The translations under genes were made by a program, and so were the position numbers. The notes beneath the pieces are model-generated. The model ran no database searches. It saw only the letters and a program-made list of their open reading frames with translations, and was not told the origin of the DNA. Shown piece by piece: positions 55,869-64,000 of a DNA stretch of 64,000 bases. Source of the DNA: a virus (lineage: Duplodnaviria > Caudoviricetes); the IMG/VR virus record IMGVR_UViG_3300005719_000009, positions 12,125 through 76,124 of that record. One strand, 5' to 3'. The first letter of the stretch is position 1; each line of letters opens with the position of its first letter.

Positions 55869-56072
55869 TTAAGGTTGGTTTTCTTTTAATCTTATGTCGT
55901 TATACGAAATATAACAAGCATCAATGCCGTATAGTTTTTCAATTTTAATACAGGCGTCTATACACCATTGTACAGCCTTTGATTGATTATCTGCCGCATC
56001 TTCATGCTGAAGCAACTGTAAAAACTCATGTTGCTTTTTCGTTATCTTAACTGTTAATTTTTTATCGTTCAT
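55869..56072 (-). CDS. RHH-like small regulator
   Basis: start at 56072: MNDKKLTVKITKKQHEFL...QSKAVQWCI. Confidence 0.55.
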   Translation of the reverse strand: MNDKKLTVKITKKQHEFLQLLQHEDAADNQSKAVQWCIDACIKIEKLYGIDACYISYNDIRLKENQP

Positions 56073-56082
56073 TTTTTGAGGC

Positions 56083-56283
56083 TTAGTTGTTAGGCAAATA
56101 TTGATTGAATTTACTACACAAGAATTGCATTGATCTTTTTTTGCCATCTTCAGACATGCCATTTAATGATTGGCATATAATTGACAATAGCTCAATTTCG
56201 TTGTCCGGAATTAATGTATCTACTCTTCTGGTGTAAGCTCTTTTTGGCTTAGTTGTTTCAACCGATTTTTTTGTACGTGCCAT
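56083..56283 (-). CDS. hypothetical protein with basic N-terminus
   Basis: 66 aa. Confidence 0.6.
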   Translation of the reverse strand: MARTKKSVETTKPKRAYTRRVDTLIPDNEIELLSIICQSLNGMSEDGKKRSMQFLCSKFNQYLPNN

Positions 56284-56309
56284 AATTTAAGTTTGTTTTA
56301 TATATAAAT

Positions 56310-56540
56310 TCAAATGAATTGCAATGCAGCAAATTCCGATTTTGCCATTTGAAGTTGCGCATCAAAATATTTAACATTTAATATTGCAGCTTCATGGCTA
56401 ATGAGCCTCTTATCCGCCTTATGCTTTCTGGCTTTTTCTTGCCATTTAGCAACGCCATTTTCGGCTATAATAATTTTACTTCGCCACATGTTTGCCTTTT
56501 TCATTATTATTCTGGCATGCTTATATGATTCTTCTGTCAT
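56310..56540 (-). CDS. hypothetical protein
   Basis: 76 aa. Confidence 0.6.
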   Translation of the reverse strand: MTEESYKHARIIMKKANMWRSKIIIAENGVAKWQEKARKHKADKRLISHEAAILNVKYFDAQLQMAKSEFAALQFI

Positions 56541-56546
56541 GGTTTA

Positions 56547-56789
56547 TTATATTTTCCATTCATGATTAGGGTCAGGAACAAATGTTAATGATGTTCTCCA
56601 TTCGTATCCTTCTGTGTAATCTGGCTGATTATAACCGGTGTTAATTGGGCTTCTAACTTCATCAATAGAAGCTACAAGCCAACCTCCGAATATTTTTGCC
56701 CTGCGCAAACTGAAGCCGTGATCATGCTTTATGTTTTCCCATTTTAATTCAGCCATGTGTGTTTTTTGTTTGATTAAAATATTTACCAA
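56547..56789 (-). CDS. conserved phage hypothetical protein
   Basis: RAKIFGGWLV ... TFVPDPNHEW; true start probably MAELKW. Confidence 0.7.
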   Translation of the reverse strand: MVNILIKQKTHMAELKWENIKHDHGFSLRRAKIFGGWLVASIDEVRSPINTGYNQPDYTEGYEWRTSLTFVPDPNHEWKI

Positions 56790-57174
56790 ATAACAAGGTA
56801 TTACTTACGTAAGTGTCCCATTGCGACATGAATTTAGGTTCGCCAATCCTAAACCAATCCGCACAGTTTTCTATGTGAAATAGATAGGTGGTGTGATCCT
56901 TATTTATTTTTCCGGCTATTGCATCGCATGATTCATTCGTAAGTACGTTTGCGAGGTAGAAGTAAATACGCCTGCATTTAACGAGGTCTTCTTTTCGTTT
57001 TTTGCCCAATACGGCCTCAATGGGTTCGTTAAAAGAATTGCAAACATCTAAAAGGATTTCATCAAGCGTTGGTGGGTTCTTTTTGCGGTTCTTCTTAATA
57101 TGGCCACGGATGGGAAGTGGGATTAAATTTTCTCGGATCATGGTTTGTCTTTTTAGTTTCCACAAAACTAACAA
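56749..57174 (-). CDS. DnaA C-terminal (domain IV) HTH-only protein
   Basis: LDEIL..VC..F......VLGKKR...LVKCR....YL...LT......IA..INKDHTT; true start probably MIREN. Confidence 0.8.
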   Translation of the reverse strand: MLVLWKLKRQTMIRENLIPLPIRGHIKKNRKKNPPTLDEILLDVCNSFNEPIEAVLGKKRKEDLVKCRRIYFYLANVLTNESCDAIAGKINKDHTTYLFHIENCADWFRIGEPKFMSQWDTYVSNTLLFGKYFNQTKNTHG

Positions 57175-57234
57175 TAATTTTCAAAACAAAAGATATTTTT
57201 TTGCATCTTCGTATACTTTGTATACTTTAGCGTC

Positions 57235-57429
57235 ATGAAAGAGGCGAAAGTAAAAAACAAATACGGCTCTATACGGGTTGAGCCGGGGGTAGCACAAGAG
57301 GCAAAAGAGTTATGTAAAAAGACAGGAATGTTATTGACATACTTTTGCAATGAAGCAATAAAAGAAAAGATTAACAAAACAAAAATAGAATTAAAATCTA
57401 AAAACTCAAATCATGAAAAAAAAGATTGA
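57235..57429 (+). CDS. ribbon-helix-helix regulator
   Basis: YGSIRVEPGVAQEAKELCKKTGMLL..FCNEAI; divergent from the replication operon. Confidence 0.65.
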   Translation: MKEAKVKNKYGSIRVEPGVAQEAKELCKKTGMLLTYFCNEAIKEKINKTKIELKSKNSNHEKKD

Positions 57430-57883
57430 TGTAGTCCTTACACAGTACTCTCAGCCACATGTTCTAAAACACAGAATGAATGAGGCTGATTTGAAGCATG
57501 GGGATACTGTAACTGCTAATATATCTCCGGTTAGAATTGAAAGCGTTTTTGGCAAAATGGTAATGTATTTTTGTCCTACACAAAATATAAACATCTTAAA
57601 TAAGCTTGAAACGGGAGACGGCCTTCCACTTCCTGAGGAAGCCACTATAAAGAATATCACGGTTCCGGATGACATTAAGCCGGGGTTATATAATATTATA
57701 AATGCCACGCTTCACTCAAACGGCACTATGCAAGTTATCGCAAATGAAAATACATTCTTCGAGGAATACAACGAAGCTGATGAGTTTAAGAAGCGATTCC
57801 CGGCACATATTCCAGACGCACCCAAAAATACAGGTATTTTAAGCCGGTTTACTGAGCGTACATTTTTATCATTCTTGCATTGA
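57413..57883 (+). CDS. hypothetical protein
   Basis: 156 aa. Confidence 0.65.
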   Translation: MKKKIDVVLTQYSQPHVLKHRMNEADLKHGDTVTANISPVRIESVFGKMVMYFCPTQNINILNKLETGDGLPLPEEATIKNITVPDDIKPGLYNIINATLHSNGTMQVIANENTFFEEYNEADEFKKRFPAHIPDAPKNTGILSRFTERTFLSFLH

Positions 57884-57901
57884 TATAATTGCAAATATCA
57901 A

Positions 57902-58444
57902 ATGAAGGCGACATGTGCTTACTGCGGAAATAAATTTGAAATACATACAGGCCACTTTAACAGAGCTAATAAGGTCGGCCTTAATGTTTATTGTTGCAAA
58001 AAACACTCAACATTGGGGCGAAGGAGCAGTGAAACAAAAGAAGAAAAAAAGGCTGTTAAAATGTGGTACGATATGCTTTTGAGAGTATCCATGACCGAAG
58101 ATGACAGGATGCTCCACAGTCTTCAGAATGCCGTTTATTTCAATATTGATTACGCTAATAATCCAGAAAAATACAAAGAAATAAGAAGGATTAAAATGCC
58201 TAAGCATGTAGAATACTGCCGACAGCCTGCATATAAAAAGCGCAAAAAAAAGTACGATGAGCAGTACCGGGCAAAAATAAACTACGGCTCTTTCTGGGAA
58301 GCGGCAGTAGTTTTAAAGGAGCTTGAAAACGTAATCGATGCTCGGGAGGCAAAAAAAGAAAATAAATTATTTAACAAATCAACATCAAAAAGAAAAAGGT
58401 TATGGCAAAAGATGTTAAAAACAAACTTACGGCAGTTAACTTGA
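57902..58444 (+). CDS. Zn-finger-containing hypothetical protein
   Basis: CAYC...YCC motif. Confidence 0.7.
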   Translation: MKATCAYCGNKFEIHTGHFNRANKVGLNVYCCKKHSTLGRRSSETKEEKKAVKMWYDMLLRVSMTEDDRMLHSLQNAVYFNIDYANNPEKYKEIRRIKMPKHVEYCRQPAYKKRKKKYDEQYRAKINYGSFWEAAVVLKELENVIDAREAKKENKLFNKSTSKRKRLWQKMLKTNLRQLT

Positions 58445-58629
58445 AAAACGTGCTATGGGATACACTAAATCAGGTTAAGGATGGTAAAATGGATGCCGGT
58501 GCAGCAGACTCTATAGCAACCCAAGGCCGCTAAATAGTACGCACCATCAATCTTCAGTTGCAGGTAGCAAGACAGTCTAAACGGCAAATACCAACCGAGA
58601 TTATCGACTTCAGTGAAAAATCAGAATAA
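58402..58629 (+). pseudogene. small gene interrupted by one in-frame TAA (58531-58533)
   Basis: MAKDVKN...IATQGR*IVRTINLQLQVARQSKR...SE*; reading continues plausibly through the stop. Confidence 0.6.
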
Positions 58630-58668
58630 AACTCAATATGACCGATATTTCAGTCTTTTAAGGCACTT

Positions 58669-58923
58669 TTGACTGAAATATCGGTCACTTCAATAAAACC
58701 AATGGGGAAAATATTAACAATTACAGTAACCGGTAGCCAATTAAGGAAATGGGACTACATAAAGACTCATTCAAACGGCGGCACGGCTATAGTAATAAAA
58801 ACAAAACCGGGCGTGTGTTTAGATACAATAACGTGCTACCCTTATAGCCAGCCAAAAAATAAATTCTCGGCTTTCTTTAAATTCCAGTGGTTGCGTATAC
58901 GTTTATTTTTAAAGATTATATAA
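58669..58923 (+). CDS. hypothetical protein
   Basis: 84 aa; likely start at the internal MGKIL. Confidence 0.5.
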   Translation: MTEISVTSIKPMGKILTITVTGSQLRKWDYIKTHSNGGTAIVIKTKPGVCLDTITCYPYSQPKNKFSAFFKFQWLRIRLFLKII

Positions 58924-59411
58924 TGGGATTGCGAGAGATTAGAGCCTTAAAAGAAGCCGCAGGTCAGCCTAAACCTAAAAAACAATATAATATCCCCAAA
59001 AAAAGCGCAAAGAAATTAAAGCAGGAATCTGAAGATAAAAAAGCAAAGAAAGACAGTAGCGCCGAAAAAGAACGGTGGTTTCAGGATCGCCGTAAGGAAA
59101 TGAAAGGGGTATGTAAAAACTGTGGCAAGCCATCATTCAAAAAAAGCCATGAATATTTCAGATTTTCAATAGCACATATTCTGGCAAAGCGCAAAAGCAT
59201 GTTTCCATCAGTAGCAACACATCCCGAAAACTGGGTGGAACTTTGCGCAGATTGCCACCATAATCTCGATACTTGTATGATAGGATTAAGCGACCTATCT
59301 TGCTGGGATGAGGTAGTAGTTAAATTCCAAAAAATCTACCCATTTATTGCGTATAAAGAAAAGAAACGCATTCCTGATATTTTATTACAATACATAAATA
59401 CAGATCAATAA
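58887..59411 (+). CDS. HNH/NinG-like nuclease-fold protein
   Basis: CKNCG...AHILAK......VATHPENWVELCADCH. Confidence 0.75.
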   Translation: MVAYTFIFKDYIMGLREIRALKEAAGQPKPKKQYNIPKKSAKKLKQESEDKKAKKDSSAEKERWFQDRRKEMKGVCKNCGKPSFKKSHEYFRFSIAHILAKRKSMFPSVATHPENWVELCADCHHNLDTCMIGLSDLSCWDEVVVKFQKIYPFIAYKEKKRIPDILLQYINTDQ

Positions 59412-59418
59412 ATAAACT

Positions 59419-59763
59419 ATGACTAAATATCAAATAAGATTCTGCGATAGTAAAGGGAATGGCTCCTTCGAGTACATTGATGTTAAATCAAAGAAAGGAG
59501 TAGAGAAAAAGGCTGCTGATAAGGCTACGGAATATATCGCTAATATAAGAAGCAGATATTCGAATTGGAACCCCTTCAGACAACCAGAGAAAGCAAAGAG
59601 AATTGTCCATGTATGGGAATGGGATTCAGATAAAAAGCAACCAAAGAGAGGCGGTCATCGGTTTAAGTTGGAATTGTATTTCATTGAAATGACATATGTA
59701 AGCGGCAGAAAGGCAAGAAACGAGTGGTATGAACCGGTAGAGACAACAATAAGTAGTAAATAA
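59419..59763 (+). CDS. hypothetical protein
   Basis: 114 aa. Confidence 0.65.
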   Translation: MTKYQIRFCDSKGNGSFEYIDVKSKKGVEKKAADKATEYIANIRSRYSNWNPFRQPEKAKRIVHVWEWDSDKKQPKRGGHRFKLELYFIEMTYVSGRKARNEWYEPVETTISSK

Positions 59764-59774
59764 AAAACTAAAAA

Positions 59775-59990
59775 ATGGCAGACAAGATAACAACAGTTCC
59801 TATACCCAACGCAGAGCTATTTTCGCACAACTTATCAGATTTACTATGTTGGTGGGAAGGATTTAAATTTGGTCTTAAAATATCTGGAACTGATCATTTC
59901 ATTGTTGCAGAATACGGGATCGAAGCAATTAGAAAACTTAACGAACAGGTTAAAGCTGAAATACAAAGACAAAACCCCAACAATATATGA
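59775..59990 (+). CDS. hypothetical protein
   Basis: 71 aa; DLLCWWEGF. Confidence 0.6.
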   Translation: MADKITTVPIPNAELFSHNLSDLLCWWEGFKFGLKISGTDHFIVAEYGIEAIRKLNEQVKAEIQRQNPNNI

Positions 59991-60193
59991 AATGCTTTCT
60001 CGGAGAAATATACATAACACACAGAAAAACCTTTTTTGGTTCCATCCCGCTCTCACACTTAGTGACTACCGAATTAATAGAAGCTGATAACTTGAAGGCG
60101 GCAAAAGAAAAATTTAATCTATATATTGAAGAACATTATGCGCCTAAGCTTAAAAAGTTCAAATACGTATCATTTGTAAGTAGCCCTATTTAG
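59987..60193 (+). CDS. hypothetical protein
   Basis: 68 aa, ATGA overlap. Confidence 0.55.
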   Translation: MKCFLGEIYITHRKTFFGSIPLSHLVTTELIEADNLKAAKEKFNLYIEEHYAPKLKKFKYVSFVSSPI

Positions 60194-60219
60194 AACTTAA
60201 ATTTTAAACAAAACACATA

Positions 60220-60663
60220 ATGAAAAAGCAATTTTTAATTTTAATTTCCGTAATTTATTTGTCATCATGTTCTGAGAATTATTCTAATGGCGAACGAATT
60301 GGATTGGTTACACAATTTTCTAATTCAGGTCAATTCTGGAAATCATGGGAGGGTCATTTAAACATGACGCAAACAGGCATGAACAGCAGCACCCCATTCG
60401 ACTTTTCCATAGACAATGATAACGAGCCGGAAGGCTTAGTGAAAGTATTGGATAGCGCTGCAACATTAGGCTGGAAGGTTAAAATAGTATACCACGAAAC
60501 AAACTTCAAAAACATTTTTAAAAATAGAGGGGAAACAGATCACTTTGTTACAAAGTGCGAAATACTTGATCGATCACCAATCCAAACGGCATTTGGCAAC
60601 ACACACCAAAATACAGGAAGAGTTATAGACACAATTTATGTAGTAATTGATAAAACAAAATAA
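60220..60663 (+). CDS. phage lipoprotein
   Basis: lipobox LSSC; YSNGERIG....S..G..WKSWEG. Confidence 0.8.
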   Translation: MKKQFLILISVIYLSSCSENYSNGERIGLVTQFSNSGQFWKSWEGHLNMTQTGMNSSTPFDFSIDNDNEPEGLVKVLDSAATLGWKVKIVYHETNFKNIFKNRGETDHFVTKCEILDRSPIQTAFGNTHQNTGRVIDTIYVVIDKTK

Positions 60664-60671
60664 AAAAATAT

Positions 60672-60950
60672 ATGAAAATGAGAAAGCAACTTGGGTTACA
60701 ATTCGGGATCGTTATTATTGCAGTAGCCGCCACCTATTCATTAATGTCGTTTAATCCAAATCAGGATAGAAAAATAACAATAACATTGCCAGAACAGGAG
60801 TGGAATGTAGTATTGCAGGGGCTTTCAGAATTGCCATTTAAAACATCTCAGGCAACAATCAACAGCATTATACAGCAAGCAAGCAATCAATTGACTGCGC
60901 CAAAGCAAAAGCCGGTAATTGATAGTGTTACTAAAATTAAAAGGCCATGA
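60672..60950 (+). CDS. membrane-anchored or secreted small protein
   Basis: N-terminal hydrophobic helix; VLQGLSELPFK. Confidence 0.65.
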   Translation: MKMRKQLGLQFGIVIIAVAATYSLMSFNPNQDRKITITLPEQEWNVVLQGLSELPFKTSQATINSIIQQASNQLTAPKQKPVIDSVTKIKRP

Positions 60951-61138
60951 TGAAAGGTGACATTGGCGATGCTTTTGAAAAGCTAAAGCAAGAAGTGTTT
61001 GTTAAGTATAAAGGGTGCTTAATAGATATTATTGGCACTGGCTACTACTGGAATGGGGTAAGGTACAACAGTTTGACATTAGCTAAGGAGCGAATTGATC
61101 AAGAATTCAAATCATTAGGGGAATCAATTACAAAATAA
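60947..61138 (+). CDS. hypothetical protein
   Basis: 63 aa. Confidence 0.6.
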   Translation: MMKGDIGDAFEKLKQEVFVKYKGCLIDIIGTGYYWNGVRYNSLTLAKERIDQEFKSLGESITK

Positions 61139-61171
61139 CTTATCTTCGTTGTTTACCAATGGCTTAGTCAT

Positions 61172-61206
61172 AAAATGGCCGAGGTTTCTACCTCGGCTTT
61201 ATTTTT
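61172..61206. terminator. bidirectional terminator between convergent blocks
   Basis: GCCGAGG-TTTCTA-CCTCGGC followed by TTTATTTTT. Confidence 0.75.
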
Positions 61207-61218
61207 AAATGATTCGAT

Positions 61219-61422
61219 TCACAATTCAAGTTGCTTTCCTTTTTCAGTTAAAACAATATAATCATAAGAGTGGTCGAAATCAACCAGCCCGTATTCAATT
61301 AATTTAATGTATGTTCTTCTAATTCTATCCTCGCATCTTACTTTCCCTTTTTGTCTAATAAGTTCTAATAAATTAACTTGCGGGGATGATAACTTCCTTG
61401 CTGTAATACTCATCGTAATCAA
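61219..61422 (-). CDS. small winged-helix-like protein
   Basis: LSSPQVNLLELI...RTYIKLIEYGLV...LTEKG. Confidence 0.6.
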   Translation of the reverse strand: MITMSITARKLSSPQVNLLELIRQKGKVRCEDRIRRTYIKLIEYGLVDFDHSYDYIVLTEKGKQLEL

Positions 61423-61565
61423 TTTTTTTAAGATTTGTTTTTTGATAGAATGGGTTCATGTTCATCCATCTTTCATGTTTTAGGTTTTCACATCTAAAAA
61501 GGAGTTTTGAAAGCTGATGAAAAACTATATCCCCTACTCTTATATTCATTTTAATTGCTAAGGTT

Positions 61566-61829
61566 TTATTGTATCATTTTAAGTACTTTGTTCATGGCTG
61601 CGTCGTACTCTCTTTTGGTGCATTTATTTAATTGAGCAGAGAAGCCGTAATTGCCTAAAAGCGTAAGCCTCCTAATTATATAAACTCCAATACAATTTGC
61701 TCTCCCTTTTTTGGTGGTGCCCGGTGAAAGGCAAACCTGAATTACTTTTTCATCATCCGGGAAGTTTAATTCGTTGTTTAATTTAAAATAACGAATGCCT
61801 TTGTTCCCGTCGTATTTGTAGTAGGTCAT
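61566..61829 (-). CDS. hypothetical protein
   Basis: 87 aa. Confidence 0.65.
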   Translation of the reverse strand: MTYYKYDGNKGIRYFKLNNELNFPDDEKVIQVCLSPGTTKKGRANCIGVYIIRRLTLLGNYGFSAQLNKCTKREYDAAMNKVLKMIQ

Positions 61830-61850
61830 TTTAATTTGATTGGTACAGAA

Positions 61851-62282
61851 TTAAGGTTTATTTATTACTTCTAATTCTATCCCTTCATTTGCCAGCAACT
61901 CCCTGAGCAATTCTATTTTTTCTTCAGGCGTTGTTTTCGTGTTGTCATTTATGTCAATGGCGTCCAACGAAAGCCTTGTATTTGATTTTTCATTATCTTC
62001 TACATAGTTCGTTTCTTCGATGCCGGTTACTGGATTGTATTCCGTTACTGGATATTTAAGCGCTTTAGCAAATAACGGAAGAAGGGGTTTTATTTCTTGC
62101 GGTTCCCCAAAGTTCAGTATTTCTTCTTTTTTAGCGCCGCATTGAAGCCCCCATTGTCCCAAGCAACACATAAATCCATCTTCATTCAGCAGAGCTACGG
62201 CACCCGAGCCTAATGCATGTGCGCCACCTGCCCCGCATATCCATTTACTGTAATCAAGGATTAACTTCTTTGGTTTGTCCAT
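61851..62282 (-). CDS. conserved phage hypothetical protein (MCCLG motif)
   Basis: W.CG......LLNEDGFMCCLGQW...INDN. Confidence 0.7.
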   Translation of the reverse strand: MDKPKKLILDYSKWICGAGGAHALGSGAVALLNEDGFMCCLGQWGLQCGAKKEEILNFGEPQEIKPLLPLFAKALKYPVTEYNPVTGIEETNYVEDNEKSNTRLSLDAIDINDNTKTTPEEKIELLRELLANEGIELEVINKP

Positions 62283-62288
62283 TTTAAA

Positions 62289-62627
62289 TTATTTCTGATT
62301 GTTTATATTGTCTGGATTTGTTGCCCCGGCAAATGATTCCAAGTCAGCCATAGCATTCATTATTCTGGTTCTTGAAGTAACATCATAATCTGGGAGCGCA
62401 TCGGTTAAGCGCCTTTTAAATTCCATCCATTTATCCATTGGGAAGGCTTCTATTTCAAGAGTGTTTAATATTCTAAACCTTTGGCAATCCTCTTTCCATC
62501 CAAATATTTCACCTATTTTGGCCCCAATTTCATCCTCCCGCTTTTTCTTATAGGAAGAAACTATTTTGGCGTAATTTGGATGATCATACCCGTCATACGT
62601 AGTCTCAAATTCAGTTATAAATCTCAT
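62289..62627 (-). CDS. hypothetical protein
   Basis: 112 aa. Confidence 0.65.
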   Translation of the reverse strand: MRFITEFETTYDGYDHPNYAKIVSSYKKKREDEIGAKIGEIFGWKEDCQRFRILNTLEIEAFPMDKWMEFKRRLTDALPDYDVTSRTRIMNAMADLESFAGATNPDNINNQK

Positions 62628-63022
62628 TGTTTATTTATTGTTTTTAATTTTAAATTATACGCAACTGCGAATGTTTCAAAAAACTCTTTCTTGTCTTTCT
62701 TTGGGCACAGGTTAAGGCCGACAACAATAAGAGCACGTTCTATAGAACCAAACAATTTCAATTGTTTTTCCATGAATAAGTTCCTTACAGAAAAAATCGC
62801 CTTAGCGCCTGAAATAGTAGCGTAAACGGCATCTACTTTATCAATACCAAATTCACAAAGCATTCCACGATAGTTAGCATTCCATGTAACAATAAACTTA
62901 TCATTGGAGTAGTAATCGCCACTCCTGCTTTCAAACTGGGCATCTACGTCATTAACGCGTAGGTATTCTTTTATCTTTTCAAGTGCCTTTCGTTTTGACT
63001 CCTTAATCTCTTTATCTGTCAT
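62624..63022 (-). CDS. hypothetical protein
   Basis: 132 aa. Confidence 0.65.
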   Translation of the reverse strand: MTDKEIKESKRKALEKIKEYLRVNDVDAQFESRSGDYYSNDKFIVTWNANYRGMLCEFGIDKVDAVYATISGAKAIFSVRNLFMEKQLKLFGSIERALIVVGLNLCPKKDKKEFFETFAVAYNLKLKTINKQ

Positions 63023-63044
63023 ATTTATGGTTTATTGATTACTT

Positions 63045-63287
63045 CTATAGTTCTATTTCTTTTATTTTTTTGGCTTCTACGCATTTATATAATTTCCGAA
63101 TGCCTCCGCGTGACCTTGAAACAAATAGTTGATCTCCCGGTTGCAAAGCATCAACCGCAGCAAGTATGCTTTTATCAGCCTCTGTCAATGGCGGCGGTTT
63201 TTGGCCATCAATAAGCCAATGATTTTCATAAAACTCCTGATGACTCATTTTAGAATAATCAAGTATTAGTTTCTTTGGCTTGCCCAT
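63045..63287 (-). CDS. hypothetical protein sharing its termini with 61851-62282
   Basis: starts MGKPKKLILDYSK. Confidence 0.65.
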   Translation of the reverse strand: MGKPKKLILDYSKMSHQEFYENHWLIDGQKPPPLTEADKSILAAVDALQPGDQLFVSRSRGGIRKLYKCVEAKKIKEIEL

Positions 63288-63305
63288 GTTTAATTTATTT
63301 TATTA

Positions 63306-63554
63306 TTATGCAATTCGAATTTCGTTCGCGCAAACAGGATGCACGGATATGGCATCCACTAAATTTGCCCCAGATTTTGTGATGACAAAGCCGCCTTGAT
63401 TACTAATCTGTACCCGATATTCATTCCCGTGAATATCCTTTAATGTTATTAACGAATGCCTACTTGTAGTGGCTGCGTCAAACTCATAAATACTTGGCAT
63501 ATAATTAATATTTAAGGTTAAATGCCATACTTCTGTCTTTCGGTGGAAATCCAC
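63306..63554 (-). CDS. hypothetical protein
   Basis: likely start at the internal MPSIY. Confidence 0.55.
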   Translation of the reverse strand: MDFHRKTEVWHLTLNINYMPSIYEFDAATTSRHSLITLKDIHGNEYRVQISNQGGFVITKSGANLVDAISVHPVCANEIRIA

Positions 63555-63850
63555 GCACTTCTATCGAAGCCGGAAAGCTCCTTCGGGCATAAGCCCTTCA
63601 ATTCTTCAAGGTTTTTGGGTTTTGTAGGATTGGCCTGCGCAACTGCAACCGGAGCAACATCCGTAGCTACAGGCTTCTTTTTTATTGCTTGCTTTTTGGG
63701 CAAGGCATTTTTAGGTGGCGCTGGCTCCCTTTTCGCCACTCCCTTTTCCCTATTTGCATAAACCCGGTGAACATCTGAGCAATATTGTTGCCGGGGCTTG
63801 TTTGGGGTAAACTCTTTCCCGCATTTCGAGTATTGGCATTTCTTTTTCAT
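63518..63850 (-). CDS. Zn-finger-like protein, first gene of the right early arm
   Basis: CQYSKCGKEF.P....QQYCS..H. Confidence 0.75.
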   Translation of the reverse strand: MKKKCQYSKCGKEFTPNKPRQQYCSDVHRVYANREKGVAKREPAPPKNALPKKQAIKKKPVATDVAPVAVAQANPTKPKNLEELKGLCPKELSGFDRSAWISTERQKYGI

Positions 63851-63857
63851 TCAACAA

Positions 63858-63893
63858 TGTTACGTAACAATCTTGAATAAGTGTTACGTAACA
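63858..63893. promoter_or_regulatory. two copies of the palindrome TGTTACGTAACA
   Basis: 63858-63869 and 63882-63893; third copy at 5672-5683. Confidence 0.65.
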
Positions 63894-63910
63894 GGATTTT
63901 TCTTTTCCAC

Positions 63911-64000
63911 ATCCCCCAAAAACTACTCAATCTAGTTCCTCCTTAACTATATTTTAACACCTTCGCCCACGTGTGCCTCCCCTCCCCCCCCACGCCCCCG
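63911..64000. repeat. inverted repeat, right copy (truncated by window edge)
   Basis: reverse complement of 1183-1272. Confidence 0.95.

Noticed and set aside
58531-58533. Stop-codon reassignment
   Set aside because: Long genes are intact under the standard code, all three stops are used as terminators, and no suppressor tRNA is present.
1-64000. Temperate lifestyle, DGR, retron or anti-CRISPR locus
   Set aside because: No integrase, ParA, reverse transcriptase or template/variable repeat pair recognised; small early genes cannot be assigned Acr function from sequence alone.

Overview
The window holds almost the whole genome of a tailed, probably podovirus-like dsDNA phage of a Bacteroidota host. 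Host evidence: Bacteroidota-type TTTG-N20-TAnnTTTR promoters, A-rich start regions without Shine-Dalgarno sites, signal peptides followed by Gln, and D-S/T glycosylation sequons. Layout: (i) an inverted repeat whose inner 90 bp are visible at both ends (1183-1272 and 63911-64000); (ii) a left early arm of small + strand genes (1.4-12.2 kb) with four near-identical promoters, a type I hammerhead ribozyme, a tRNA-like acceptor/T-arm RNA and an ECF sigma factor; (iii) a long - strand block running from replication genes (clamp-like, initiator, DnaC-like ATPase, SSB) through a methyltransferase plus three glycosyltransferases, GroEL, GroES and a tandem GroES, portal, TerL, scaffold, MCP, tail rings, tail tube and ejection proteins, to a signal-peptide-bearing SGNH tail-fibre-like protein and a GH19 lysis region; (iv) a short + block (57.2-61.1 kb) and a right early arm. 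I recognised no integrase, DNA polymerase, RNA polymerase, protelomerase, complete tRNA or CRISPR array. The most unusual observations are a small protein carrying a copy of the MCP N-terminal arm, a small gene overprinted inside the 1694-aa ejection protein and coupled to an internal restart, a Sec-exported fibre rich in glycosylation sequons in a phage encoding its own glycosyltransferases, and terminal inverted repeats in a terminase-packaging phage. All functional calls come from motif recognition by eye; no database search was run.
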